Source of the DNA: Octopus sinensis
Lineage: Eukaryota
DNA: 64,000 nt
Reading direction: 5' to 3'
Assembly (NCBI RefSeq): GCF_006345805.1
Contig: NC_043003.1
Location: 4,836,001-4,900,000, forward strand
The position numbers were made by a program, and so were the translations under genes. Shown piece after piece: positions 52,984 through 64,000 of the stretch. The stretch's first letter is position 1. Each line of letters begins with the position of its first letter. Below the pieces are notes generated by a model. It worked only from the letters and a program-made list of their open reading frames with translations. It searched no databases and was not told the origin of the DNA.

Positions 52984-53164
52984 TACAAAGTATAGGGTTA
53001 ATTCAAAGGTGATCTAAGCGATTAGGTGCGCTAGGTAAGTGTTGTAACGGATTACTGGGGCTCCAAGGCAGTTACGGATCCATTGCAGATTCCCGATGCA
53101 GCGGATGTAAAACAGGAGAGCAAACATTAAGGTAAGGGAAACATCTCAAGTCGTATACAATATT

Positions 53165-53530
53165 ATTATGGGAAGATTTCAGCTGTTTCTGGGACATCCC
53201 CGAATATCAAATATTCTGTCATCAGAGACAAATGAAAATAAAAAAGGGGAAAAATGAGAATTGTATATATTAATAAGATGACGACATAGAGGAAAGGAGT
53301 AAAAGAATAAGGAGATGAAAAGAACGAAGAAAAAAGAAGCATAAAATTTCATAGTTCAACTTTCCGAAGTTATAGAAACCAGAGCATGAGTCTCTATGTA
53401 CAATGCTGATTAGATCCATGAGCGTAGGTCTTATTAGGGGGAAATCCTGCGTAGAGCCATGTGGGTTAAAATCCTGATACAGGAGACATCCCAAGAAAAA
53501 AGACGCGAGCACATCAACGTTCAATAACAG
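53165..53530 (-). mobile_element. Possible Penelope-like 3' end: ORF tail plus degenerate hammerhead motif
   Basis: FFLGCL..FNPHGSTQDFPLI resembles the PLE C-terminal F.LG.L.PHG.N..F.F motif. About 200 nt downstream lies CUGAUGA...GAA ACAGCUGA (53225-53177). Confidence 0.35.
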
Positions 53531-55894
53531 AATGGTGTGTCCTATTGTAGTTTAGAGCTCACTATACGACAAGGACACACAGATAGAAATAATTTATTAA
53601 TCCTAATTACTGCACATATTGACAATTTGAATTTCTAAATTAACAATGTGAAGCTTTACACGGTTTTAGAATAAATATTAACATTTAGTTGTATGGAGAC
53701 ATTTTCCGATTTTCTGAAGTCACTGTGCCATTGTCTCTGTAAAGTCTAAGTAGTAGGGTTTATTAGAGAGGATAATATTCAGCTGAATATACTTGGGTAT
53801 GGTGGTCACGGTTGGAAGTCTGTTGCTTCTAAGTATGCTCAATTAGGTTTGAATTTGTTTATGAATAATAAGCACCGGTGGTCTTAGGTTTGCAAATGTC
53901 TGACCATTCTTGGTTCATTGTATTTCTATAAGTGATTGTGACAAAGAGGCGTCTGTAACACAATGTCACGTGGATAATTAACCAAATTGTAATCACAAGA
54001 TTTCGGTCAAAATAATGCCTTGGTAGAAGACACTTGACGTGAAGTGCGATATAAACGGCGTCTAAGTGTTTATTAATTGAATTTCTGAACAAAACAGCCA
54101 TGTCCGTACTCAGTCTTGAAACTAAGATTCCGTTTAGACATTCTATAGAATTTTTCGTTTAATGGAGCCGTCAACAGAAGTATGTGGCGACGAGACATAT
54201 TCACAAGTCTACGTTAAATTATAAGTGTTTTTTGTAACAGAATATTAGTTACCTTGCACGACCAGACATCGTTTTTGTTGTCGTACCGTCTCATTGCTGT
54301 GTTTGTTTTAGTTTCTAGTTTTCTCTCTCTTTTTACTGTGATATCGATTCGCTTCAATGCCTTCCTCTTCACATTTTATTCAACTAATTAAAACACGTTG
54401 AAAATTAGTGTGATATTGTGAATTTAGTTAATTTTCTTTGTTTATAACTAAAATCTTTTTTTTTTCCATTGAACTACTGTTTTCAACTCGGATAAACAAT
54501 TTTCACTGGAGTTAAAATATTTTGTTTCATTGCTTAAATTCATTTTAATTTCATTGTTTAGTTTTGTCACAAGTGTAAATCTTGTAGACATTTTGTTTAC
54601 GACGTTTTAAAATTGTTTTCATTATTTCTCAAATTGTCCTCCATTGCAATTTAGTGTAATATAAGTGCTTATTTTACACTTTTTACCCTTTCTACCACCA
54701 CAGCCGCCACCATCAACACCACCACAATCAGAACTTGCGCCACCACCACTAACATCACCACCGTTACCTTCACCAACACTAACATTACCATCAAGCAACC
54801 ACCACCACCACCATTTGTATTACTACCACCAGCATCACCACCGCCACCACAACTAACGTCACTAACATTCACGTCGGTGACACCAACACTACCATTGCCA
54901 CCACCATCACCATCTTTATAGCCAACACAAACAGTACCCCCACCCCATCACCTCTACCACCATCACCGCTGCCACTACCACCATCGCCACCTCCACCATT
55001 ACCATCTCGTGCTAAAGAGTCTTTAAGTAGTAATTCTTTCTGCGACAATGGCAGCCAGATACGCCGCCATCCGTCAAATCGTGTATCTCTTCATCTTTAA
55101 ACCATGAAACTCACAGAGCATAAAATGTGGTGATGTTTCGCTCGGAAAAATTGAGACGGCCACAATTGGAACGCTTTGTGACGAAAGATCTGAGAATCGA
55201 CACTGACAACATCGACGACAAAGAAGACAATGCCGCTACAACAACAGCAACAAAAATAACAACAAAAGCAACAACGTCAACCATGACAGCAACAACACCG
55301 ACAACAACAACGGCAATAACAATAACAAACAACTAAAACAACACACATCCATTTTACACCCTCTCCATCACCAACCGAAACACCCCCCAACGCCACCACT
55401 CCCATGACGAGTCTTTACTAATTGTTAGTCTTTCTCTTCACGGTTTAATTATTTATAAATGTTGTTTGTTAATTGCTGAAACACTCGTAATCTGTTGCCA
55501 CTTGTTTAATTCCACTCAAAGAAATCTGAAGAGTTAAAGATTGAGGAATATAACTTAAGTGAAGTCGGTTCTTGACTTACGGAAAGTGGAACCGCCAGTT
55601 GATATAGCAAGTGTGGGAGATGCAGGAAGAAGGGCGCTCGAAACAAAACCTTGGCCTCTTGCATGGCGTATTTTCATTTACCCTTAAATCATCTTTACAA
55701 CTCTTTAATTCTTTAAGTAGTTGCAGCTCGAGAATTGCGACCATAATGGGGAACCAGTGAGAGCTTTGTTACACCTTCTCTACTTGAAATCTCTCATATG
55801 TGACATTTGGTGAATGAGGCAGTGTGATGCTGCTGCCCTCATCTGCGCTTCCTGTCATGAGTTAGACTCATCTGGAAATCTCAACGCCTACATC

Positions 55895-56085
55895 CATCCC
55901 ATTTCAGGGAGCAGATTGAAGAGCCGTGGGTCTCTGAAGCTCAAGCTGCTGCAGAATCTGGTCCTGTAACTTGATGGGGATGTTGAGATCTTTAGCACTA
56001 TACAGTGGTGCCCCGTTCTGCTCTTTGTATAACTTTCAATGCCAAAGTTTGGTACAAGTTCTTCCAGGATTTTCGAGACGCATAT
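55895..56085 (-). mobile_element. CR1/L2-group LINE C-terminal fragment, same family as 8170-8570
   Basis: KILEELVPNFGIESYTKSRTGHHCIV..RTRFCSSLSFRDPRLFNLLP, compared with KILEGRVPNFGIESYTNARTGRHCVV in the first copy. Confidence 0.8.
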
Positions 56086-56749
56086 CGATGCATATTGACT
56101 CATCGATTAATGAGGTTTAATGAAGGGAACTCTACATGTTCGTTCGACATGCTAGAATTAATAGCAAAATATCCTCAAATGATATTCTGCTGTCTTAAAG
56201 AAGTATGTAATGATAGATTGGATACGGTTACCCTAGATGCATTGCATCTGGGAGGATGATGGAATAGGCGTCGCTGAAACGAATTTCAGATGAAATCGCT
56301 TTCATTTACGCAGATGCGACGCTAAGCAATGGCTACGACATTTGTCATAAATACGAATGCAGACGCAAACCACCAAAATTCTCCCCACTTTTCAATGTTG
56401 CTTTTGGTTTTATATAAAGGTTTCTACATCTCCATTACAATAACCCGCTCGACATTCCTCTTTAAAAGACGGAAATAGATAGGAGAGAATTGTATACTGC
56501 TGATGTTTGGGGAGGAAGGATCGGATCACTTCGATAGTGGGAGTCTAGGAGTGAGTAGACACAGTGACTGAGTGACAGGAGAGGATATTTTTGAATAAGA
56601 AGTCTTTTATTGAACCTGGAAAGATGACAGGCAGCTTTGAAGAATGAGGAAATTCATAGTAGCAGTAGAAATGGTATGGAGAGGAGGCATCGTTGTGAGT
56701 GATGTCATGTCAATCAGACGAGTTCTCTATTTTTATTTTTTATTTTTTA

Positions 56750-57145
56750 TTTGTTTCAGTCAATTGACTGCGGTCATGCTGGAGCACCGCCTTTAGTCGA
56801 GCAAATCGACCCCGGGACTTATTCTTTGTAAGCCCAGTACCTATTCTATCGGTCTCTTTTTGCCGAACCGCTAAGTGACGGGGACGTAAACACACCACTA
56901 TCGGTTGTCAAGCAATGCTAGGGGGATAGACACAGACACACGAACACACACGCACACACACATATATATATACATATATACGACAGGCTTCTTTCAGTTT
57001 CCGTCTACCAAATCCACTCACAAGGCATTGGTCGGCCCGGGGCTATAGCAGAAGACACTTGCCCAAGATGCCACGCAGTGGGACTGAACCCGGAACCATG
57101 TGGTTGGTTAGCAAGCTACTTACCACACAGCCACTCCTGCGCCTA
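56750..57145 (-). mobile_element. SINE family B, full length
   Basis: Nearly identical to 35945-36330, but with an (AAATAAA)n-type tail. Confidence 0.9.
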
Positions 57146-59207
57146 ACTGGATATTGTTAAGACATTTGTGTGTATGTGTGTGTAAAAACAGTACAGTCTC
57201 TGATGTTGAAGCAGTAATCTACTGCTTATCAATTATGTATATAGTAACGACAGCAATGTCCTTGATGAGGAAGCGATGCTCTCTGGTGGCTTTCAGAGAC
57301 ACTAGTTGTTTATATTGTAGTATTTTGAAACTGTAAATGGAAGGTCAGTCTTTGTGAATTACTTCATTTTGAGATGCTCACGAAATGTGAGACTTGTCAT
57401 TTGTAGTAACAAAGAGGAATCTGTCGAACGAGCTACCAAAATTCTTCACAAACTAATTAGCTGTACACGGTTCCTACGAAATGTCGGATTTTATATTATA
57501 GGATATGATATAAAGGATGTTTGACAGCCATTACAAGCAGGTAAAACAACAATGTAGAGTTTCCCACCTGTCTAAAGATTATATTTTTAATTACAAACGT
57601 AAACTTTAAATGTACCAGTGGCTACTATGAGTTATAAAAACGATGAGATGTCTGTGAGGCCAGCATATCGCCAATTTTGACCCAGAAGCTACAGGACGGA
57701 CATGGAGTGATCTCGTAGATGAAGGACTCAAACGCCACATAAATGCATTGATATCCGATACTCACTAATTAACATGTCGTTGACTGTTTATATAGATAAC
57801 TGTTATTCTAGTCAAATAATACAGGTGATCGCGAGTGGTTTTGGTTGAATGAATGAGAAATCCTCCCAATATTTCAGTCAAAGAAGTAGATAAAAAGCCG
57901 ACTTTCTATCCTATGGAACATCTGATATTTACTGCATTGGATGTTGGTGGATATTTGCGATTGCTACATTAAAAATAAGAAATGGTGTTTAAATCGCCCG
58001 ACTTGTAATGGCCGCTGCTATTATAATCCTTTCCTCCAGACTAAATCACCAAAAGAAACTTCTCTCGCTATGTTGATGTTCCAAATATTCTCAAGTAACA
58101 AGGAAGTGCAACACTTATTAGGCGAGCAATGTAATTTAGAGCAGCCATTATTTCTTAAGTATTATGGGAGACAACGCGAGAGAGAGGCGAGAGACAGCGA
58201 CTGAGAACTGGTCTCGAGTTATCTAAACTCATTCAGAAGTCGCCGAAGAAGTTGTTGCTGCAGTTGTTTATTTAACAGATATAAGACAAGAATGCATCAA
58301 CAATTTACCTGGAAACACCTCCGTTATTCAAATGCTGACGCTGCTGAAACGAGCGGTTGATATCCCTAATATTATAAGGAGACTGCTGCACGCACAAACA
58401 TGCAAATTTGCACATGGATGCTTGCATTCATATGTGGATACACGTATTAACACACACACACACACACACATATAAAGACAAAAAGCGTTGAAGAGAATAA
58501 GTTTTGTCATGTGAGAGAAGAGAGTTAACCAAGGAAGAAGCTTTTGTATTTCACTTAGAAACACGACTCTTGTTTCTCGTTCGATACAAAACGATGAAAA
58601 GGTGAAAAGACACGAACAATTACCGAGACATAAAGAAACGAAATCCGGCGAATAGTAATTACTATAAGCTGTTAGTTAACCTAAATTTAACTAACGGTCA
58701 AACATCATTTATTTAAAATATTATAGCGATACTAAGAAATCTGACAGAAATCCACACACACACACACACAGACACACACACACATAGACACACATACACA
58801 CACACATGCACAAGAAGATATAAAGACAACATGTAGTTTGAACAATTACAATTATCAATGAAAAACAGTAATCAGTGGGTCATTCATGTGCAGTTACAGT
58901 GTTTTTAAAGGTTCCTGTCTACTTTTCCGCCATTCATACACAGACATAGGCACGCACACGCACACATGCACAGGTATATGTGTGTGTGTGTGTGTATGTG
59001 TGTGTGTGTGCAGAGAGAGAGACTGAGAGACAGAAAAAGCGAGAGAAAGAGAGATACATATTCATACACACACATATACATACTATATATGTATATATGC
59101 ATGCATACATATGTATATATGTATATGCATACATACATATGTATATGCATACATGCATATATATATATAATATTGCATTTATATATATATTCATATATAT
59201 GCATATA

Positions 59208-59252
<45 letters not shown>

Positions 59253-59923
59253 CGATATATATAGCATATATATAATATATATATATATAATGCATATATA
59301 TATATATGTGTGTGTGTGTGAACATAAACGAATGCATACATGCCGCACATAGAGACGTTCACACACATGCACAAACCGTATGCACCAAAGCATAGACACA
59401 TCTGCAGACAGAAACTACACCCCACGCTACAAAGAACGCCTCCCAGCCCACCTCGCTACACATAAAGATTGCATGATTTGACATGGTGAAGTTAAAACTC
59501 ATTTAAAAGGAAATAATCCAAATCCTGTTTTATCCTGTAAAGCATTCACTTGTGTAGTTTTATCATATTTAACAATCGTAAATCTATTGGCAACCATTTT
59601 ATGTATGCCAGCTCAGAAATGGACAAAATTTTAACTTTTTCCCTAGATATGTGACGCCTGGAAAATAGACAACGCAACCAATTCTTATCTCTCCGTCTCT
59701 ATGTGCTCTTCTCTCTCACCTACACATTTCCAACCTATTCACATTCTTCAGATTCTTGTACAGTTTACTTTTCATTCTTTCTTTGCCAATCATTCCTAAA
59801 TATTTTGGTTGATTTTTCAATGTTTTACGCTGTGTTTTTCTATGTCTGTAGGATCATAATCTATGTACACACACGTGCATGCGCATGCAAACGGACGTAA
59901 ACATGTACTTGCATAAAAAATGA

Positions 59924-59964
<41 letters not shown>

Positions 59965-60420
59965 AATATAAACATTTACGTATATTCTATACATATATAT
60001 ATATATATATATATACATACAGACATCCAAATGATATAACTAAACTCACATATGAATACACATGCCAATCTAGAGACGTAAACTATAGAGACATGTTTGC
60101 ATAAATGCATATATATGTATATGTGTGTGTGTATATATACTTATATATAGATGTATGTATATATATATACATATGCATATACACACAGATATAATATATA
60201 TATATATATATATATACTATATTATATATATAACATATATATATATTGCATATATACATATGCATAATGTATATACACACACAGATATAATATATACATA
60301 TTGTAGGTTTGCATTTATACATAAAATGCAAATTTAAAGGATAGTAAACAAAACACGAATATATCAAAGTACATTAAAACTGGTATTCGTTCAGTGTTTG
60401 ATGACAATAGTGCCCGAATG

Positions 60421-60456
60421 GCCTTAACGCTTCGGACGATGGTCCTTCATCTGACA
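60421..60456 (-). other. Degenerate hammerhead-like motif
   Basis: Minus strand: CAGAUGA A ggac-cauc-gucc GAA GCGU U. Stem II is intact, but U4 and A15.1 are changed and there is no clear stem I. Confidence 0.4.
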
Positions 60457-60749
60457 GAATGTGAATGAGTGAGAAAATTAAAAAAATATAAATGGGGCAG
60501 AAAACCAAGTGTATTCCATAAGAAGGACGAATCCTGAAATAATAGGACATTCGTAAGTATAGACGATGCTCCAGTTGCTGGCATTTGCTTTTTGGCTCCT
60601 TTCAGTTGAAGAACTCCAATCTTTTACGTAAATTATTATATTAAATTCTCTTCAAGCAATAAATTAATGTCGTCTTATAAGTCCAGAAAATCTTCTTCGA
60701 TTTATGGATTCTTGGCTGGGTTTATTACCCGGATTCACTGACTACTCTT

Positions 60750-60780
<31 letters not shown>

Positions 60781-61705
60781 CCACAACGACCTCGAACCCA
60801 CAAGTGTGAACAAGAGAGACAGAGCAAGGCAGAAACAAGGAAAATGCCACTTATATTTGAACACTATACAAATATTCCTTTAAAAAAACCTTTCTTTTAA
60901 TTTTTCTAAATTTAATTATTTAATCGTTACAGTTGAAAAGGTCTCAAAATGACTGAAACCGGTACTGAAATGTTCTTTATAAATTATTTTAGCATTTTCT
61001 ATTTTTGACTTTTTTTTCAATATATATATTATATATAATAATATAATATATAATATACTCTCTCTCTCTCTCTCTCTCTCTCGCACATACACACACAGAG
61101 ACAGAAAAAACACACACACACGTGTATAAACATACGGGCATATACACGTGCAACACACATACCCGCTCATTTAATTATTCATAAATATGCGCATACGCAA
61201 AGATATGTATTTAGACACATAGAAACAGAGAGAACTATGTGTCTGCTTGTTTACATATGTATGTAGGCTCTCCTCTGTTTTAATTACTTAAATTAAAGGA
61301 GCTGATTTTCAGAAAAATTACAATTCTCCATCGTTGGAATGTAGATAAAAACTATGCCACATTTTAAACTCGTTGATTTCTTCTCCGGAAAAACCAACCT
61401 TAATCCAGATGGTCACAGTGCAGCAAGTATTATTGGTATAATTGTAAATTTATAATCTGGATAGAGGAACTAGAGGTTTCGTAACCCTTGTCCATAGTTT
61501 TGCTTTATCTTCTTTCATTTTCAAAGAGATATTCACATCAGCAGGATAACCGACCATGCACATATGCAGGTATGTAAGTATATATGTCATTATTCAGTTT
61601 ATTTCAAGATTTCTTACCAATAGAGAAAGAACCGGTTTCTAACCTAGATCCAAGGCTCCTTCTTTGGAATTTCAGCATCAACAACAGGGTGTTTTTGTAT
61701 GCATG

Positions 61706-61738
<33 letters not shown>

Positions 61739-62763
61739 GTATGTATGTGTATGTATGTATAGATTTGTATGTTTTATGTATGTCTTCTCATGCATATAGT
61801 TATATATCTAGACATGCTAATACATATTAAAATGATAAACTTCTGTAAATTTTCTTCATTAAGTCGTGGAATTCATTAGTGGAATTGGTGTCTATTCTGA
61901 GAATATTCCAAGAAGGCAGCTGCAATAAACTGCCATTCATGAGAGAGAGTAAAATAGCTATCGCTGATATTTTGAAGAGTATTCGGAGGAAATATCATAG
62001 GATTGGTGTTATTCCTAGTAGCAAAAGAGTGACTTGAAGCATCGGGACGTATCGAACGCAAAAGAGAGGAAGACTACAAAGCAAAAACGTATATAATGAA
62101 TTTGGAGAAGAATATGATTCTGTGTGTCAAGAAACATTTTTACTCTTGTGAATGGCAACGACCGGAATCGCATGGAAGACAAGCGATTCGTTAAAAGGAA
62201 ACAAAGTCGAATGTTTTGGTGACCAGGGTAAACATATGGAATCGGGTTGAAACAAATACTCAACGGAGAGACGTCGATGAAATATACTGTTATATAACCT
62301 CAAGCGTTGATCAGACTTATAGAAATAGTATATGTGATTCCACTTTCAGTCAATTCAGGTCCTTAATCAAACATTTGTTTCAGATCTTTTTATTCTTTTC
62401 TAGTTTCAATGACAACTTTTCGTTTTGTTGACTACAAGTATGTCTTTCATACTAAATGACTCTTGTAGTCATACACTTAGTGATATGGTAATAATCAAAT
62501 TAAGCGAATTTGAAATTTACACAACTGACATTTTATCATTTAAACGCAGAGCAGCATTTATGTATGTGGGCAGAATATTTGAAAAATTATACATAATTCC
62601 CGTGATCCTCTACTTTCAATTTTACTCGAATCCACAAATAATTATAACTTGAAGTCTGTCAATTTAAAAAGCGGAATCCCATATTTTAACGCAGTTTGAT
62701 AAGTGCAATGCGAAAAAAGTTTTGGCCCTTCAGTCACCATATAATTTCTGCCGTTTAATATTA

Positions 62764-62813
<50 letters not shown>

Positions 62814-62991
62814 CACACATATATATGCATATATACATATATATGTGTGTATATATGTGTATATATATATATTCATATATATACATTTATATATATATAC
62901 TTGTATATATATATGTACATATATATATATACATGTATGTATGTATGTATATATATAGTCTTATATATATACATGTATGTGTGTGTATATA

Positions 62992-63031
<40 letters not shown>

Positions 63032-63472
63032 ATGTATATATACATGTATGTATGTATATATATATATATATATGTATGTATATTAGGTTATAAACATGCA
63101 CACATCTCACACTAACACACATAATGTATATGTATGCGTGCGTGTAAATATGTGCTTCAACCGAAATATAACCTTGTTTCATTGCTATTTCCTGTTTCCA
63201 TTTGATTTCAGTTTTTTTTTTAATATTAAGCATAACATTGAGAGAGAAACGCACTCGGATACACACACCACACACACTACGTACACGCTAGCACACAACA
63301 CTAACGTATACACTTACATGCATACGCACATATATGTACGTTTATGTTTGTAAGTATACGCATGGCACACACATACGCACACATATATGCACAGTATGTG
63401 TTGTGTATATGTGTGTGTTTGTGTTTATATGTATATGTCTGTGGCTTTATATTCATATATATATATATATAT

Positions 63473-63830
63473 ATATTGTTATATTTCGGAATGGTCATTT
63501 TGCCAGTTTAGCCAATAAAAACACACGCACTATATATTTGGTGTTATTTTGCTTCAGTGATATTTATTTTTTACATTAATCTTAATCTTATTTCGGCCAA
63601 AGTTCTTTCGTCACACTCCTGACGGTTAGTAAGGAGAGACACAAGTAAGTGAGAAGAAAACAAAGGACCACTGATGCGGTCGCAGGAGTGTGACGAAAGA
63701 ACTTGGCCGAAATAAGATTAAGATTAATGTAAAAAATAAATATCACTGAAGCAAAAATAACACCAAATATATAGTGCGTGTGTTTTTATTGGCTAAATGG
63801 CAATATGACCATTCCGAAATATAACAATAT
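63473..63830. repeat. ~148-bp near-perfect inverted repeat with 61-bp spacer
   Basis: 63473-63621 (atattgttatatttcggaatgg...cacactcctg) is the reverse complement of 63683-63830, apart from a few single-base differences. Confidence 0.95.
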
Positions 63831-64000
63831 CTGTTTCAACACACGAATTCACATAAAAAATCTTGCACAACAAATATTTAAACGTATATATATTATATAT
63901 ATATATATATACGTGTATATCATATATACACACACGCACACATAACTCTCTCTCATTCTCTCTATCTCTCTACATATATGTATACATACATACATACACA

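Noticed and set aside
56400-56720. Possible PLE thumb-region remnant on the minus strand (..RSDP..F.R....RV)
   Set aside because: The similarity is too weak by eye to list as a feature; it needs a profile search.

Overview
Eukaryotic, AT-rich, repeat-saturated DNA. It has long (TA)n/(CA)n/(GATA)n/(CCTA)n tracts, at least four tRNA-derived SINE families, and decayed LINE and DNA-transposon fragments. The repeat repertoire looks like an octopus (Octopus sp.) genome; this is my inference from recalled repeat sequences, not a database result. I cannot confidently identify an intact host gene or exon, and almost all supplied ORFs are microsatellite translations. Recognisable coding remnants are two mariner transposases, an R4/Dong-type restriction-like endonuclease 3' end, an RTE reverse transcriptase, three CR1/L2-like 3' ends, probable Penelope-like (PLE) fragments and probable I/Nimb-group LINE pieces. 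The most notable signal is a set of minimal type-I hammerhead-ribozyme-like motifs in PLE-type terminal-repeat remnants. They share a CUGANGA...GAAA layout, have self-complementary stem III sequences (ACGU, ACAUGU, ACAAUUGU, ACAGCUGU) and show stem covariation; one has a U3-A8 compensatory core. PLE-linked hammerheads are a known class, so any novelty lies in these specific variants. Other observations are several long fold-back palindromes, a 4-unit SINE-derived tandem array, two retroelements nested in the internal TA tract of one SINE family, and a Cys-rich reading frame interrupted by a TSD-flanked SINE. There are also two near-identical tandem duplications that may be assembly artefacts and one 100-N gap. 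All alignments and folds were done by eye; boundaries are approximate unless a TSD or TIR defines them.
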